Positions 8,398-22,225 are shown, counted from the stretch's first letter. The stretch is 64,000 bases of DNA from Rhodanobacter sp. (GCA_049794535.1 JBARCX010000199.1:2207-66206), one strand, 5' to 3'. A program made the numbers and translations. The notes: a model not told the origin generated them from the sequence alone.

Positions 8398-9661
8398 GCT
8401 TCGTTTCCGCCTGATTGTCTCGTTCGCGCTGTTCGGTTTCGGACTGAGTGCGCTGTTTGCGACGGCGACGATGTACGTGCGCGCCAAGGTCGAAAATCAA
8501 CTTGTCGTGTCCTCTTTGCAGCAGGACGCGGACAGCTACGCACAACAGATCATCGATTCGCCCGGCAAGCCTTACCTGGGGCTCGTGCAGGCATGGGCAT
8601 TCCGCGACCGTACGCTTTATAAAGCGCCGATCGCATGGCAGAGCCTTTCGACCGGTGTCTATGATCGTCAAGGTACGGCTGATGATGGTTTAGCTCGCCA
8701 TTACAAGCTCGCGGTCAGCCGGAAAGACGGAGTGATCGTGTTCCTGACTTATGACGTCAGTCGCGATGATCTAGGTAAGCGCCAGTTGATCACCGGGCTG
8801 GTTGCAGCGGTCGTGTTATTCAGCTTGTTATCGCTAGCGATTGGTTTATGGCTCTCGCGAAAAGTACTCAAGCCAGTCAGTGAATTGGCACGACGGCTGC
8901 GCGATTTTCGCAAAGCCGGTAAAGCTGAGCCGCTGGCTGTGCATTTTGCTGACGACGAGGTGGGTGAATTGGCGTTGGCATTGGATGAGTATTCCTCGCG
9001 TCTTACTGCAATGGTGGAGCGTGATCGGGAGTTCAATTCTGACGTTAGTCACGAGCTGCGCACGCCGCTAGCGGTGATCGCCAGCACTACCGAATTGCTG
9101 CAAGGCTCGCCGGATCTCACGGACAAGTTGCGTGAGCGGCTGAAGCGTATCGAGCGTGCGTCGCGCCAAGCCACCGAAATGATCGAGGCGTTGCTGCTGT
9201 TGTCGCGTGCCGAGCGTCGTGGTCCGACGCGTGGCGAGACCACCGACGTGGCGAAGGTCGCCGCTGATGTGATCGAAAGTCAGCGTCCACAGATGCGCGA
9301 TAAACCGATCACGATTGATCTGGCGGTGAAGGAGTTGATCACCGTCAACGCACCGGCCTCGGTGCTCTCCGTCGCGCTCACCAACCTGATCGGCAACGCG
9401 ATTAAATACACCATGCAGGGCGAGGTGCGTGTGGAAGTCGGGCAGGGTCGCATCGAGGTGATCGACACCGGTCCTGGTATCAAGCCGGAAGATGCCGAGC
9501 GTCTATTCCAGCGTGGCGTGCGAGGCGAAGGTGCGGGTGGCAGTGGTGCCGGCCTGGGTCTGGCGATCGTGCGTCGGTTGTGTGACTTGTACGGCTGGGA
9601 TGTTTCGATGCGTCCGCGTAGTGATACCAACGGCGCGATCGCGAGCATCGTGTTCCGTTGA
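8381..9661 (+). CDS. sensor histidine kinase (HAMP-HisKA-HATPase)
   Basis: Two TM segments, H-box SDVSHELRTPLA, N-box LTNLIGNAIKYT, G-boxes DTGPGI and GSGAGLGLAIV. Start at MQSRRKL overlaps the regulator's 3' end. Confidence 0.85.
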   Translation: MQSRRKLRFRLIVSFALFGFGLSALFATATMYVRAKVENQLVVSSLQQDADSYAQQIIDSPGKPYLGLVQAWAFRDRTLYKAPIAWQSLSTGVYDRQGTADDGLARHYKLAVSRKDGVIVFLTYDVSRDDLGKRQLITGLVAAVVLFSLLSLAIGLWLSRKVLKPVSELARRLRDFRKAGKAEPLAVHFADDEVGELALALDEYSSRLTAMVERDREFNSDVSHELRTPLAVIASTTELLQGSPDLTDKLRERLKRIERASRQATEMIEALLLLSRAERRGPTRGETTDVAKVAADVIESQRPQMRDKPITIDLAVKELITVNAPASVLSVALTNLIGNAIKYTMQGEVRVEVGQGRIEVIDTGPGIKPEDAERLFQRGVRGEGAGGSGAGLGLAIVRRLCDLYGWDVSMRPRSDTNGAIASIVFR

Positions 9662-9676
9662 GTAGTCGATCACTCG

Positions 9677-9707
9677 CCCTCGTGTCGCAGTTGCGATGAG
9701 GGTTTTC
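9677..9707 (+). terminator. candidate intrinsic terminator after the kinase gene
   Basis: ccctcgt ... atgaggg stem followed by TTTTCT. Confidence 0.4.
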
Positions 9708-9835
9708 TCCGAAGTCATAAACCTATCCGCTCAATGGTCGGCGTTGGGCTTGCGCGCTTGTGGCTGCACGCGTGTGCGTCGTGCATCGGTTATTCGGGAT
9801 CATGGAGTGATCCAGCGTCACCATTCGATATCGGC

Positions 9836-9866
9836 AAAATAAAAGGCGGGCCCCGAAGGGCCCGCC
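9836..9866 (-). terminator. intrinsic terminator of TonB-dependent receptor 1
   Basis: Perfect 9-bp GC stem ggcgggccc/gggcccgcc with a cgaa loop. A U-run follows on the minus strand (A-run 9836..9844 on plus). Confidence 0.8.
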
Positions 9867-9892
9867 TGTCAGAAAGTCCGGCTCGGCTGAGC

Positions 9893-12775
<2,883 letters not shown>

Positions 12776-13046
12776 TGTTTGAATAACTCCGAACAAAATG
12801 GCCCGCGTCAGCCTTGGCTGCACGTTGGACGTCTTGAATTGGTGCGCCCGCCCTGGGGGATGGGTTTGCGCTCGTGGGCATCGCCGGACTTGGGGGACGT
12901 GACGATGTGATTACGAAGTTAAGGCAAGAACCTACGAAAAAGCAACCTACGCTAAACGCATGTATTTGCGTATTGAACTTTCAAGGTGCGCCGCAGCAAA
13001 TTTTAAGTACATGTTACTTATGAGTTAAATGTGATATCGCAGAAAG

Positions 13047-13075
13047 AAAAAGGCGCCATGCAATGGCGCCTTTTT
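13047..13075. terminator. bidirectional hairpin terminator
   Basis: aggcgccat-gca-atggcgcct, flanked by an A-run and a T-run. Lies 3' of the S9 peptidase gene. Confidence 0.7.
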
Positions 13076-13102
13076 GCGAATTTGACTGCCGTGGGCAGGC
13101 TT

Positions 13103-15074
13103 TTACGACACCGGGCGGCTACCCGCTCCGATGTACTTCTCCAGGAATGCCTGCAGATGGTTGAGGAAGTCCACGTTGTTCTCTTCCTTGTAGAAACCGT
13201 GACCCTCGCCGGGCTTGGTCAGCCATTCGTAGGGCTTATGCGCTGCATCCAGGGCGGCACGCATCGCTTTAGCCTGGGCGAACGGCGCACGCTGATCGTC
13301 CTCGCCATGCACCAACAGCACCGGCACATCGATTTTGTCGGCTAGCTTGTCGGGTGAGTTGGCGGTGAGGTCGGCGTCGTTTGTGCCGATCACTGTCTGG
13401 AGATAGCTGCGGCCGCTCTTGTCGTCGCGGACGTCGCCTTTTTTGTACATCATGGCTAGGTCGTAGATGCCGGCATAGCCAACCGCGCACTTGAATAGGT
13501 CGGGTGCGCGAATGGCGCTCATCAAGGCGGAATAGCCGCCAAAGCTGGCGCCGTAGACGCAAACACGCTTGGGATCAGCATAGTGCTGTGTTTCGGCCCA
13601 CTTTACGCCGTCGATGAGATCCTGCTGGATACGTTTGCCCCACTGCAGATAGCCGGCTGATTGGAAGTTGTGGCCACGGCCGCTGGAGCCGCGATAGTTC
13701 ACTTGCAGCACTAAGTAGCCGCGGCTGGCGAGGAACTGCGCGTCCTCGTCGAAGAACCAATCGTCGCTGACTCCGTGCGGGCCGCCGTGCGGCAATAGCA
13801 CCATCGGTAGGTTGTTGGGTGACACGCCAGGGGGAATGGTCAGAATGGCTTCCAATTCGGTGCCGTCGCTGGCGGTGAAACGCAGTGGGCGGCGTTCGGC
13901 CATCTTGGTCGGATCGATCCACGGCGTGGCAGCAAATAGCTTGCGCACTTTGTAATGCTGGGTGTCGATCAGATAGTACGTGCCCGGATCACGATCACTG
14001 CTCACGCCGAATAACAGTTGGCTGCCATCCTCGCTGTAGTCGATGAAGTTCACGAAGCTGCCGGGGAATTTCAGGCTGAGCGCCATATGCAGCTTGGCAG
14101 CAGGCAGGTTGGCATCGATGTAGATGGGCTTTGGAATCCCGCTGTCGGTCATGGCAGCGAAGGGTTGGTAGGGATATGCCGTCCATTGGATGGAGCTGAT
14201 GCTGGCAAAGTCGTCCGTGGCCAGAACGCGCCGGTTACCGCCAGCTGGATCTTGAATCACCAGCGAGCTCGGGCCGCCATTGGCACTGTAATCGGCGTAG
14301 ATGTGCTGATGATCTGGCGCGAACATGATCGGCTCAAGCGCAACACCTGTTTGATCCTTGCCTAGTAACGCCCATGCGTTGTTCTGGCGCAGGTAGACCA
14401 CATGCTCGAAATCTGAATTGTTGCCGTAAGCGATGCGAACCTGGCTGTTGGCATCGACGATGAAGTCCATGTGGCTTACGCCAATGTCGCCGATCAGATG
14501 GCGTGTGTTTTTGACCGCATCTACGTCGTACAGCCAGCTGTGCTCCCGGTCCTCGTCAACATCACTCCAGAGCAGTGCGCTCATAAAGAAATGATTGTTG
14601 GCGGGCACGAGGCGAGTATCTACCGAACCCCAGCCTTCATCGGAGGCACGTGTGTCTGAGCGTGATCCAAGGTCCTTACTGCCGAACAGATAGTCCTGAT
14701 GTTTACCGATCCACATCGGTAGCGATCAGTTCACCGGTGTAGGTGGGCTTGTCCACCGATCCATACTCCTTGCCCACTTCGATAACCAGGCGAGTGGAAC
14801 TAACCCATTCAATACCAGCCGGCAGCTCAAACTTGGGCATGCGCAGCATGGCGCTCGGTTTACTCATCTCGGCGGTGCGATAAATCACCAGCGCATGGTG
14901 GTCACCATCAGCCATGGCGAGCGCTATGTACTGGCCGTCCGGCGAGAGCCGTGGCATGGAGAGGCTGGTGTGGCGTGCGAAGTCTTCGACAGGTATCAAA
15001 TCTGCCGCTATGGCGGCAACAGGCAACAGCGTGCACAAAGCGGCCAATGCGGCACGCATCGTTCGGATGGACAT
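13103..15074 (-). pseudogene. S9 family serine peptidase (prolyl oligopeptidase/DPP type) interrupted by a +1 frameshift
   Basis: The N-terminal piece (14703..15074; signal peptide plus first propeller strands) and the C-terminal piece (13103..14716; GASFGGY nucleophile elbow, VHGEDDQRAP, GEGHGF) overlap in different frames. Deleting one base in gatCggtaaa restores ..IATDVDGKHQDYLFG.. Confidence 0.8.
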
Positions 15075-15244
15075 CGATTTCCCCTAATCACGTTGAAACG
15101 TGGCCGTTCCTTGGCAATCGACTCCCCGACCAATGAAAGGCCAGCCGTGGGTGAGCGTAGCGAAGTCAGGTTCTTACGGCAGGCTCTGGCGACGTGCGAC
15201 GAGCGTCCCGCTAAACTGCCTTCTTTACCTTGCACGGTCAGTTC

Positions 15245-16132
15245 ATGTCGCAACCTTACGTCGTCCATTTCAACCCGGTGGCCTTTGGCCTCGGGCCTGT
15301 CCAGGTGCACTGGTACGGGCTGATGTACCTGCTGGGGTTCTTCGCTGTCATCGTGCTCGGCGAATACCGTCGTCGGCGCGGGCGGTTGCCGGTGGGCCGC
15401 GAGACGCTGAGCGACCTGTTCTTCTACGGCATGATGGGTGTGATCGTCGGCGGACGCGTGTGGTACATGTTGTTCTACTACGCCGGCGGCCCTCGTTGGA
15501 TCTGGAACGAGCCGCTGGCGCTGTTCCGGGTGTGGGATGGCGGTATGAGCTTCCACGGTGGCTTGCTCGGTGTGTTGGCGGCCGGGCTGTGGTGGTCGCG
15601 CCGAAACAAACTGCATTTCTTCGACACGGTGGATTTCATCGCGCCACTGGTACCCATCGGGTTAGGCCTGGGCCGGCTCGGCAACTTCATCAATGGCGAG
15701 CTGTGGGGCAAGCCCGGCTTGGTGCCGTGGGCCATGCTCTTTCCCAATGCCCGCGATGAGGACATGCAGCTGGCGGCGGGCAACCCCGGGTTAACCGAAC
15801 TCATGCAACGCTACGGCGGTCTGCCGCGGCATCCCTCGCAGCTCTACGAGATGTTGCTGGAGGGTGTAGTGATGTTCGTCGTGCTGTGGCTGGTCTCGAT
15901 GAAACCGCGTCCGCGTTATCTGGTCTCCGGCCTGTTCGGGCTGATGTATGGCTGCTTCCGCTTTGCGGTGGAGTTCGTGCGCGTGCCGGATCCGCAACTG
16001 GGCTATCTCGCCTGGGGCTGGCTGACGATGGGCCAGATCCAGTCGTTGCCATTGATTGCGGTGGGGCTGCTCTTGCTGTGGCTATCGCGGCGCTCGCCGA
16101 CGCTGCCGTTGGCTGAGGTCGTCGCAAAATAA
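15245..16132 (+). CDS. lgt: prolipoprotein diacylglyceryl transferase
   Basis: [32 protein letters not shown].., [20 protein letters not shown] motifs. Upstream of thyA, as in the E. coli lgt-thyA operon. Confidence 0.9.
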   Translation: MSQPYVVHFNPVAFGLGPVQVHWYGLMYLLGFFAVIVLGEYRRRRGRLPVGRETLSDLFFYGMMGVIVGGRVWYMLFYYAGGPRWIWNEPLALFRVWDGGMSFHGGLLGVLAAGLWWSRRNKLHFFDTVDFIAPLVPIGLGLGRLGNFINGELWGKPGLVPWAMLFPNARDEDMQLAAGNPGLTELMQRYGGLPRHPSQLYEMLLEGVVMFVVLWLVSMKPRPRYLVSGLFGLMYGCFRFAVEFVRVPDPQLGYLAWGWLTMGQIQSLPLIAVGLLLLWLSRRSPTLPLAEVVAK

Positions 16133-16202
16133 GGTTGGTGACGCCCAGTCAGGGGCGCTGTCATATGCAGCAGCGCTCCAGAGGCTCGGTTAAACTTGGG
16201 CC

Positions 16203-16997
16203 ATGCGCGCTTACCTCAACCTACTTCGCCATGTGCTGGATCACGGCACCGAAAAAACCGATCGCACCGGCACCGGCACACGTAGCGTGTTTGGTTGGCA
16301 GATGCGTTTCGATCTCAACGAAGGCTTCCCGCTAGTCACCACCAAGAAGCTGCATGTGAAGTCGATCGTGCATGAGCTGATCTGGTTCCTGCAGGGCGAC
16401 ACCAATATCGCTTATCTCAAGGAACATGGTGTTCGCATCTGGGACGAATGGGCCGATCCGAATGGCGACTTGGGCCCGGTCTACGGTGAGCAGTGGCGTG
16501 CATGGCCTACGGCGGATGGCGGCACGGTCGACCAGATTCGCTGGGTGGTGGATGAGATCAAGCGCAACCCCGATTCACGCAGACTGATTGTCAGCGCATG
16601 GAACGTGGGCGAGCTATCGAAGATGGCGCTGATGCCCTGCCACTCGCTGTTCCAGTTCTATGTAGCGGACGGCAAGCTCAGCTGCCAGCTGTACCAGCGC
16701 TCCGGCGATATCTTTCTCGGCGTGCCATTCAACATCGCCAGCTACGCACTGCTCACTCATATGGTGGCGCAGGTGTGCGGGCTGGGCGTGGGCGATTTCG
16801 TGCATACGCTGGGTGACGCACATCTGTACAACAACCACGTTGAACAGGCACGCCTGCAATTGACGCGTGAGCCGCGGCCGATGCCGCGACTCACGTTGAA
16901 TCCCAACGTGCATGCGTTGGAAGATTTCCGCTTCGACGACATCGCTATCGTCGACTACGCGCCGCATCCGTCGATCAAGGCGCCGGTGGCGGTGTAG
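16203..16997 (+). CDS. thyA: thymidylate synthase
   Basis: 264 aa: [26 protein letters not shown].., active-site region [14 protein letters not shown]-terminal ..PSIKAPVAV. Confidence 0.95.
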   Translation: MRAYLNLLRHVLDHGTEKTDRTGTGTRSVFGWQMRFDLNEGFPLVTTKKLHVKSIVHELIWFLQGDTNIAYLKEHGVRIWDEWADPNGDLGPVYGEQWRAWPTADGGTVDQIRWVVDEIKRNPDSRRLIVSAWNVGELSKMALMPCHSLFQFYVADGKLSCQLYQRSGDIFLGVPFNIASYALLTHMVAQVCGLGVGDFVHTLGDAHLYNNHVEQARLQLTREPRPMPRLTLNPNVHALEDFRFDDIAIVDYAPHPSIKAPVAV

Positions 16998-17982
16998 CTG
17001 CAACGCAACCGCGCACGCAGCTGAAATAGGCGGTGCTGTGCGGGTAGTCGAGCGTCATCACAAAGTGGTCGAACACGTTGGCGCCTACGGCGCCTTCCAC
17101 GCGCTTGTCCATCATGCTGGACATGAAATCGTGGAAGTTGGGATCAGGTCGTTCGGTGAACCAAACGGGGCCGACTGACCAGCCGGCGATCTCTACCTTT
17201 GGAACCTCGATCAGTCGTGCCATGAATCGCGGCGCAGCTATATCGTCGCCTTGCTCGACGACACGCCAGTCGGGATGAGCCTTGTGCCAGCGCTCCAATA
17301 CGCTGGTGGTGATGTAACTGGTCGCGCCAGTGCCAGCGACGGTTGGTGTGCCGGAGGCTTTTGCGCCCGCGATAGTCGGATGAGCAGTAGCTCCTGTATC
17401 TAGCAACATATCCAGCGCTTGGCCGTCCACGCGGATAGTAATGCGCGGGAAAGCGCCTTCCAGTTGTCCTTGCTTGTTACGCGGAAAACCGAGTGTGGAG
17501 GAGTGTGCGGCCGGGTCGGCGTGCCAGGATGCGGCTTCCAGCACGAGTTGCTGGCCTGGGTAATTGAAGGTCCATACGCGTCCAGACAGGTAGTCGGCGC
17601 CAAGCTGCCCCGTATTGCCGACGGCTTTGCTGTTGATCAGTAGCGCCTCGCCGCATGGTCCTGGTAAGGGGGCTGGCAGTCCCTTGCCGGGTTTGTATTT
17701 GGGTAGGCTGCCTACGGGCATGTCGTTGCCATCCATTTTGCAGGTGCTGGTTTTCAGGTGCAGTTGTTGCGCCAACGTGCCGCTTACCCAATACATACCG
17801 CCGTCCCCACCGCCGCCTGTATCCACGAGAAGTCGCAGGATGTTGCCATCTGTTGTTTCCGGTACGGCGTAAAAATGCCCCGCCTCAAACCGGGTCGGCA
17901 GCACCTGTGCCGTAGTTGGCGCGTTTGTTACAGGGCTAGCAGCCAGTGCTGCTGCAACGGCAAAGCTCATTACGATCATCAT
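16975..17982 (-). CDS. secreted two-lobed retropepsin/pepsin-like aspartic protease candidate
   Basis: Signal peptide [17 protein letters not shown]. Two hydrophobic-D-T-G motifs (LLVDTGGGG near aa 53, MLLDTGATA near aa 195). The 3' end overlaps the thyA 3' end by 23 nt (convergent). Confidence 0.5.
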   Translation of the reverse strand: MMIVMSFAVAAALAASPVTNAPTTAQVLPTRFEAGHFYAVPETTDGNILRLLVDTGGGGDGGMYWVSGTLAQQLHLKTSTCKMDGNDMPVGSLPKYKPGKGLPAPLPGPCGEALLINSKAVGNTGQLGADYLSGRVWTFNYPGQQLVLEAASWHADPAAHSSTLGFPRNKQGQLEGAFPRITIRVDGQALDMLLDTGATAHPTIAGAKASGTPTVAGTGATSYITTSVLERWHKAHPDWRVVEQGDDIAAPRFMARLIEVPKVEIAGWSVGPVWFTERPDPNFHDFMSSMMDKRVEGAVGANVFDHFVMTLDYPHSTAYFSCVRGCVAATPPPAP

Positions 17983-18085
17983 GTTCGCTGGCTTCCTTGG
18001 AGTCGCTACAATGGGCGGTCAGATTGATGGCTTCATATCCCGGCCGTATGTGCCGTTTCACTTTTTAGCATCCCATGGAGTTCCG

Positions 18086-18574
18086 ATGGCTATTTCGTTG
18101 ATTGCTGCGCTGGATGAGAATTTCGCCATCGGCCGCAAGGGGCAGTTGCCCTGGCACTTGCCCGACGATCTACGCTGGTTCAAGCAGCTCACCGTCGGTA
18201 AATATGTGTTGATGGGTTACAACACCGCTGTGTCGATCGGTCGCGCGTTGCCGGACCGTACCAATCTGGTGCTGTCGCGCAGGCATGAGGCGCCGTTTCC
18301 CGGCCAGATCACGGTTCGTACCATCGAGGAGGCACAGGCACGCTGCGGCGATACTGGGCTGATGGTGATTGGTGGTGGGCAGGTGTTCCACGATGTGCTG
18401 CCGGTAGCCCGTCGTTTGTATCTGACCTGGGTCAGCACCGCGACCGAGGGCGCCGATGCATTTTTCCCCGGGGTGCATTTCAGCGACTGGACCGAGGTAT
18501 CGCGCAAGCATCACAAGAAAGATGCCGAGCACGCTCACGACTTCGACATGGTCGAATACATTCGCAGCAACTGA
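18086..18574 (+). CDS. folA: dihydrofolate reductase
   Basis: MAISLIAALDENFAIGRKGQLPWHLPDDLRWFK.., GGGQVF. GGAG RBS at 18077..18080. Confidence 0.9.
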   Translation: MAISLIAALDENFAIGRKGQLPWHLPDDLRWFKQLTVGKYVLMGYNTAVSIGRALPDRTNLVLSRRHEAPFPGQITVRTIEEAQARCGDTGLMVIGGGQVFHDVLPVARRLYLTWVSTATEGADAFFPGVHFSDWTEVSRKHHKKDAEHAHDFDMVEYIRSN

Positions 18575-18589
18575 GTGACCAGCAGCGCC

Positions 18590-19549
18590 ATGAGCGATCA
18601 CGCTGGCGCACCGCTGCATGTGGTGGCCGGCGTATTGCGCGATGTCGCGGGTCGTGTGCTGTTGGCACAGCGTCCACCAGGCAAGCACTTGGCTGGGCTG
18701 TGGGAATTCCCCGGCGGCAAACTCGAGCCCGATGAAACGCCTACGGTCGGGCTTGCGCGTGAATTGCGCGAGGAACTGGGCATCGATGTGGAGCCGGGCA
18801 CGCCGTTGATCCGCGTGCCCTGGCAGTACGGCGAGCGCAGCCTGTTGCTGGATGCCTGGCAGATCACCCAATGGCACGGCACACCGGCTTCACTCGAAGG
18901 CCAAGCGTTGCAGTGGTGCGCGCCCATCCATGTGGATCCGGCGACGCTAGCGCCTGCCGATCGCCCGATTCTGCAGGTCATGCGCTTGCCGGCACGCTAT
19001 CCGATCACTCCGGATACCGTGCTGCCAGCGGATTTCGAAACGTGGTTTGCGCGCGTGCGTGATGCGATCACGCGCGGTGAGCGCCTGCTACAACTACGTC
19101 TGCCGCAATGGCCTCAGGCGTTAGTGCGTGAGCTGGCCGGACGTCTGCAGCCGCTGGCGTTCGCCCATGATGCGCAGCTGCTTCTCAATGCGGATATTGA
19201 AGGCGCGCGCCAGCTGGGAGTGGGTGTCGGCGTGCATCTCAAATCCGCGCAACTGGCACAGCTCACCGAACGGCCATTGCCGTGGCAACAACCGGTGGGA
19301 GCCAGCTGTCACGATGCCGAGCAATTGATGCAGGCAGTACGCCTGGGGGCTGACTTCGCTACCTTGTCGCCCTTGGCGGTTACCGGCAGCCACCCGGACG
19401 CGTCGCCGTTGGGTTGGCCGTCATTCCGTATCATGACTGAGGCCGCGGCGCTTCCGGTGTACGCATTGGGTGGTGTTTCGCCGATGCAACTCGCTGAAGT
19501 GCAACAGGCCGGCGGGCAGGGCGTGGCGGGCATTCGCGCGTTCTGGTGA
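18590..19549 (+). CDS. Nudix (MutT-like 8-oxo-dGTP diphosphatase) fused to a ThiE/TenI-like domain
   Basis: Nudix box GGKLEPDETPTVGLARELREELGI in the N-terminal half. The C-terminal half has a thiamine-phosphate-synthase-like TIM-barrel pattern (..ASCHD.., VYALGGV). The start may be the GTG at 18575. Confidence 0.75.
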   Translation: MSDHAGAPLHVVAGVLRDVAGRVLLAQRPPGKHLAGLWEFPGGKLEPDETPTVGLARELREELGIDVEPGTPLIRVPWQYGERSLLLDAWQITQWHGTPASLEGQALQWCAPIHVDPATLAPADRPILQVMRLPARYPITPDTVLPADFETWFARVRDAITRGERLLQLRLPQWPQALVRELAGRLQPLAFAHDAQLLLNADIEGARQLGVGVGVHLKSAQLAQLTERPLPWQQPVGASCHDAEQLMQAVRLGADFATLSPLAVTGSHPDASPLGWPSFRIMTEAAALPVYALGGVSPMQLAEVQQAGGQGVAGIRAFW

Positions 19550-19597
19550 AGTGGGATTTTGCTTGCCGGACCTGTCCCGCAGCAGTAGCGTGCAGTT

Positions 19598-19876
19598 ATG
19601 CGCATCGTCTACCGAGCCGAAAATCTGATCGACGCCCATCTGGTGAAGGATGCCTTGGAGCGTGAGGACATCCCCGCCTACATTGCTGGCGAGTACCTCA
19701 CGGGTGCGGTAGGGCAGCTACCAGCGCGGGATTACGTGGCGGTATTAGTGCCCGAGTCGAGCATGGGCGTCGCTGAGCGCATAGTGCGCGAAGTCGAGTC
19801 CGTGCTAATCGAGGCGCGACAGGCAATCGACGATACCGGCGACGAACCCGGCTTGCCGCTGCCCGAACCCTGTTGA
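19598..19876 (+). CDS. DUF2007-like small protein (putative signal-transducing protein)
   Basis: 92 aa. The MRIVYRAENLIDAHLVKDALEREDIPAYI pattern is typical of DUF2007. Confidence 0.55.
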   Translation: MRIVYRAENLIDAHLVKDALEREDIPAYIAGEYLTGAVGQLPARDYVAVLVPESSMGVAERIVREVESVLIEARQAIDDTGDEPGLPLPEPC

Positions 19877-19885
19877 GTCGAGACC

Positions 19886-20830
19886 ATGGCCATCGACCCC
19901 ACTGACGCGCCGACGCGCGCCGGTTCCGATCTGACCGGTCCTCATCGTCTATCCCAACGCAGCGCAGTCACACGCATGGCGGCGGGCGCCATGCTGCTGT
20001 CGACGACCAGCATCTTTGTGGTGTTGGCGCAGACGGCACCCACCGTATCTGCGTTCTATCGCATGCTGTTTGGCGGAGTAATGCTGCTCACCTGGATTGC
20101 GCTGCGTGGGCAATGGCAGCGCATCGGTTGGCGCGATGTGTGGCTGGCCTCGGTGCCCGCACTGGGTTTTTCCGCGGATCTGATCCAGTGGCATCGCAGC
20201 ATTCTCTGGGTGGGGCCAGGCGTGGCGACGCTGCTCACGAATTTCCAGGTGTTCCTGTTAGCGCTGGTCGGCCTAGTGTTCTATCGCGAAAAGCTCGGGC
20301 GCTGGTTTGTGCCGGGCATGTTGGTAGCGCTGGTTGGGCTGTGGCTGCTTGTGGGCGCGCATTGGTCGTTGTTCGATGAGCAGCACCGCTTGGGTGTGTG
20401 GCTCGGTCTCGGCAGTGGCTTGGCCTATACGGTGTACCTGCTCAGTTTTCGGCATGCGTTGTCAGGGCATTCGCGATTGTCCGCGGCACAGTTCCTTGGT
20501 TTGATGAGCGTACTCAGCGCACTGCTACTGGGGTTATGGGGCTGGGGCGAGGGTGATGCCTTTCTGGTGCAGGGCGTGCGCAGCTGGAGTGCGCTAATTG
20601 CATTAGGTTTCTTTGGCCAAGTGTTGGCCTGGTTGTTGATGGTGCGAGCGATGCCGCAATTGCCGGCATCGCTGGTGGGCTTGCTGTTGTTATTGCAGCC
20701 GGCGCTAGCGTTTGTGTTGGATGTGCTGTTGTTCCACCGTCCCACGGTAATGGGCGACTGGATCGGCCTCATGCTGGCGCTCGCCGGTATCCTGCTCGGT
20801 GCATTGCGGCCAAACCGGCGTGCTGAGTGA
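19886..20830 (+). CDS. DMT superfamily (EamA-like) transporter
   Basis: 314 aa with about 10 hydrophobic segments in two EamA-like halves. Confidence 0.75.
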   Translation: MAIDPTDAPTRAGSDLTGPHRLSQRSAVTRMAAGAMLLSTTSIFVVLAQTAPTVSAFYRMLFGGVMLLTWIALRGQWQRIGWRDVWLASVPALGFSADLIQWHRSILWVGPGVATLLTNFQVFLLALVGLVFYREKLGRWFVPGMLVALVGLWLLVGAHWSLFDEQHRLGVWLGLGSGLAYTVYLLSFRHALSGHSRLSAAQFLGLMSVLSALLLGLWGWGEGDAFLVQGVRSWSALIALGFFGQVLAWLLMVRAMPQLPASLVGLLLLLQPALAFVLDVLLFHRPTVMGDWIGLMLALAGILLGALRPNRRAE

Positions 20831-20840
20831 TGGAGATAGG

Positions 20841-21359
20841 ATGAAAACGATCGAAGCGCTAATCCGCGCAGTGCCAGACTTCCCCAAGCCTGGCGTGATG
20901 TTCCGCGATATCACCCCATTGCTGGCAGATGCCCGCGGCTTTGCGCGCTGCATCGATGCGTTGGCCGAGCCTTGGCAGGGGCAGAGTGTGCAGGCCATAT
21001 GTGGGATCGAATCCCGCGGATTTATTTTTGGTGCCGCACTGGCCAGCAAGCTAGGCGCTGGTTTCGTACCACTGCGCAAGCCAGGCAAGTTGCCGCCGCC
21101 GTTAGTGGCGGTGGATTACCAGTTGGAATATGGCAGTGATCGGCTGGAGGCGCGTAACGATGCGCTGCGTCCTGGCGAAAGAACCATCATCATTGACGAC
21201 GTATTGGCTACCGGCGGTACGCTGGCGGCGGCGCGGACCCTGGTAGAGCAGTTGGGTGCTGAACTTGTCGGAGCCGGCGTGGTTATAGAACTGGCAGCAT
21301 TGCAGGGGCGTACACGTTGGATCAACGGTGCACCGTTACATGCTCTGCTGCGTTATTGA
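20841..21359 (+). CDS. apt: adenine phosphoribosyltransferase
   Basis: MKTIEALIRAVPDFPKPGVMFRDITPLL.., PRPP-binding loop IIIDDVLATGGT. Confidence 0.92.
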   Translation: MKTIEALIRAVPDFPKPGVMFRDITPLLADARGFARCIDALAEPWQGQSVQAICGIESRGFIFGAALASKLGAGFVPLRKPGKLPPPLVAVDYQLEYGSDRLEARNDALRPGERTIIIDDVLATGGTLAAARTLVEQLGAELVGAGVVIELAALQGRTRWINGAPLHALLRY

Positions 21360-21389
21360 ACAAACTGATGCGGGAAGGAGGAGGGGCTC

Positions 21390-22046
21390 ATGCTCGGTAT
21401 CGGTGCTTGGAAACAACGCATGCCACATCGTTCGGATGCACTGCCAGGACGTGAGCAGTCGATCATTCCTGCGCACGGCCATCACATACACGGTCGCTCA
21501 CTACAGCCTGAAGCATTTCCAGGCAGCGAAGTATTGCTGTTAGGCATGGGCTGCTTCTGGGGCGCAGAGCGTAAATTCTGGAGTGTGCCCGGTGTGTATA
21601 CCACCGCGGTGGGCTACGCCGGGGGCTACACCGCTAACCCGACCTATCGCGAAGTTTGTTCAGGCCAGACCGGGCACACCGAAGTGGTGCGTGTGATCTA
21701 CGACCCCACACAGGTCACGCTTGAACAACTGCTGCAGGTGTTCTGGGAGAGTCACGATCCTACTCAGGGCATGCGTCAGGGTAACGATCTTGGTACGCAG
21801 TACCGTTCGGTCGTTTATGTGTCGGATGTGTCGCAACTGTCTATCGCCGAGGCATCGGCAAAACGCTATCAGGGCGAATTGGATCGTGCCGGCTACGGGC
21901 CCATTACGACCGAGATCGCGATCGCCGGGCCGTTCTACTTTGCCGAGGACGAGCACCAACAATATCTGTCTAAACATCCAGACGGCTATTGCGGATTAGG
22001 CGGTACAGGGGTGAGTTGTTCGGTGGGGCCGGCTGTAATGCGCTGA
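21390..22046 (+). CDS. msrA: peptide-methionine (S)-S-oxide reductase
   Basis: GMGCFWGAE active site, GHTEVVRV, and an HQQYL motif near the C-terminus. Confidence 0.92.
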   Translation: MLGIGAWKQRMPHRSDALPGREQSIIPAHGHHIHGRSLQPEAFPGSEVLLLGMGCFWGAERKFWSVPGVYTTAVGYAGGYTANPTYREVCSGQTGHTEVVRVIYDPTQVTLEQLLQVFWESHDPTQGMRQGNDLGTQYRSVVYVSDVSQLSIAEASAKRYQGELDRAGYGPITTEIAIAGPFYFAEDEHQQYLSKHPDGYCGLGGTGVSCSVGPAVMR

Positions 22047-22225
22047 CATGGGTGCGCACGTTTTGTTTTGGTGCGCGCCATTTAGTATGCAGCGGATTGG
22101 GAGCCGTTGCCTCGGCGTCCTTCCGCATTACCGTAGGTGTGGGTTGCCTCTGGCTTCCTTCAGGCGTTCGGTCACCCGCCACATCATCACTCCTGACTAA
22201 CCCGTACCTTTGCCGGGCGTACTAT

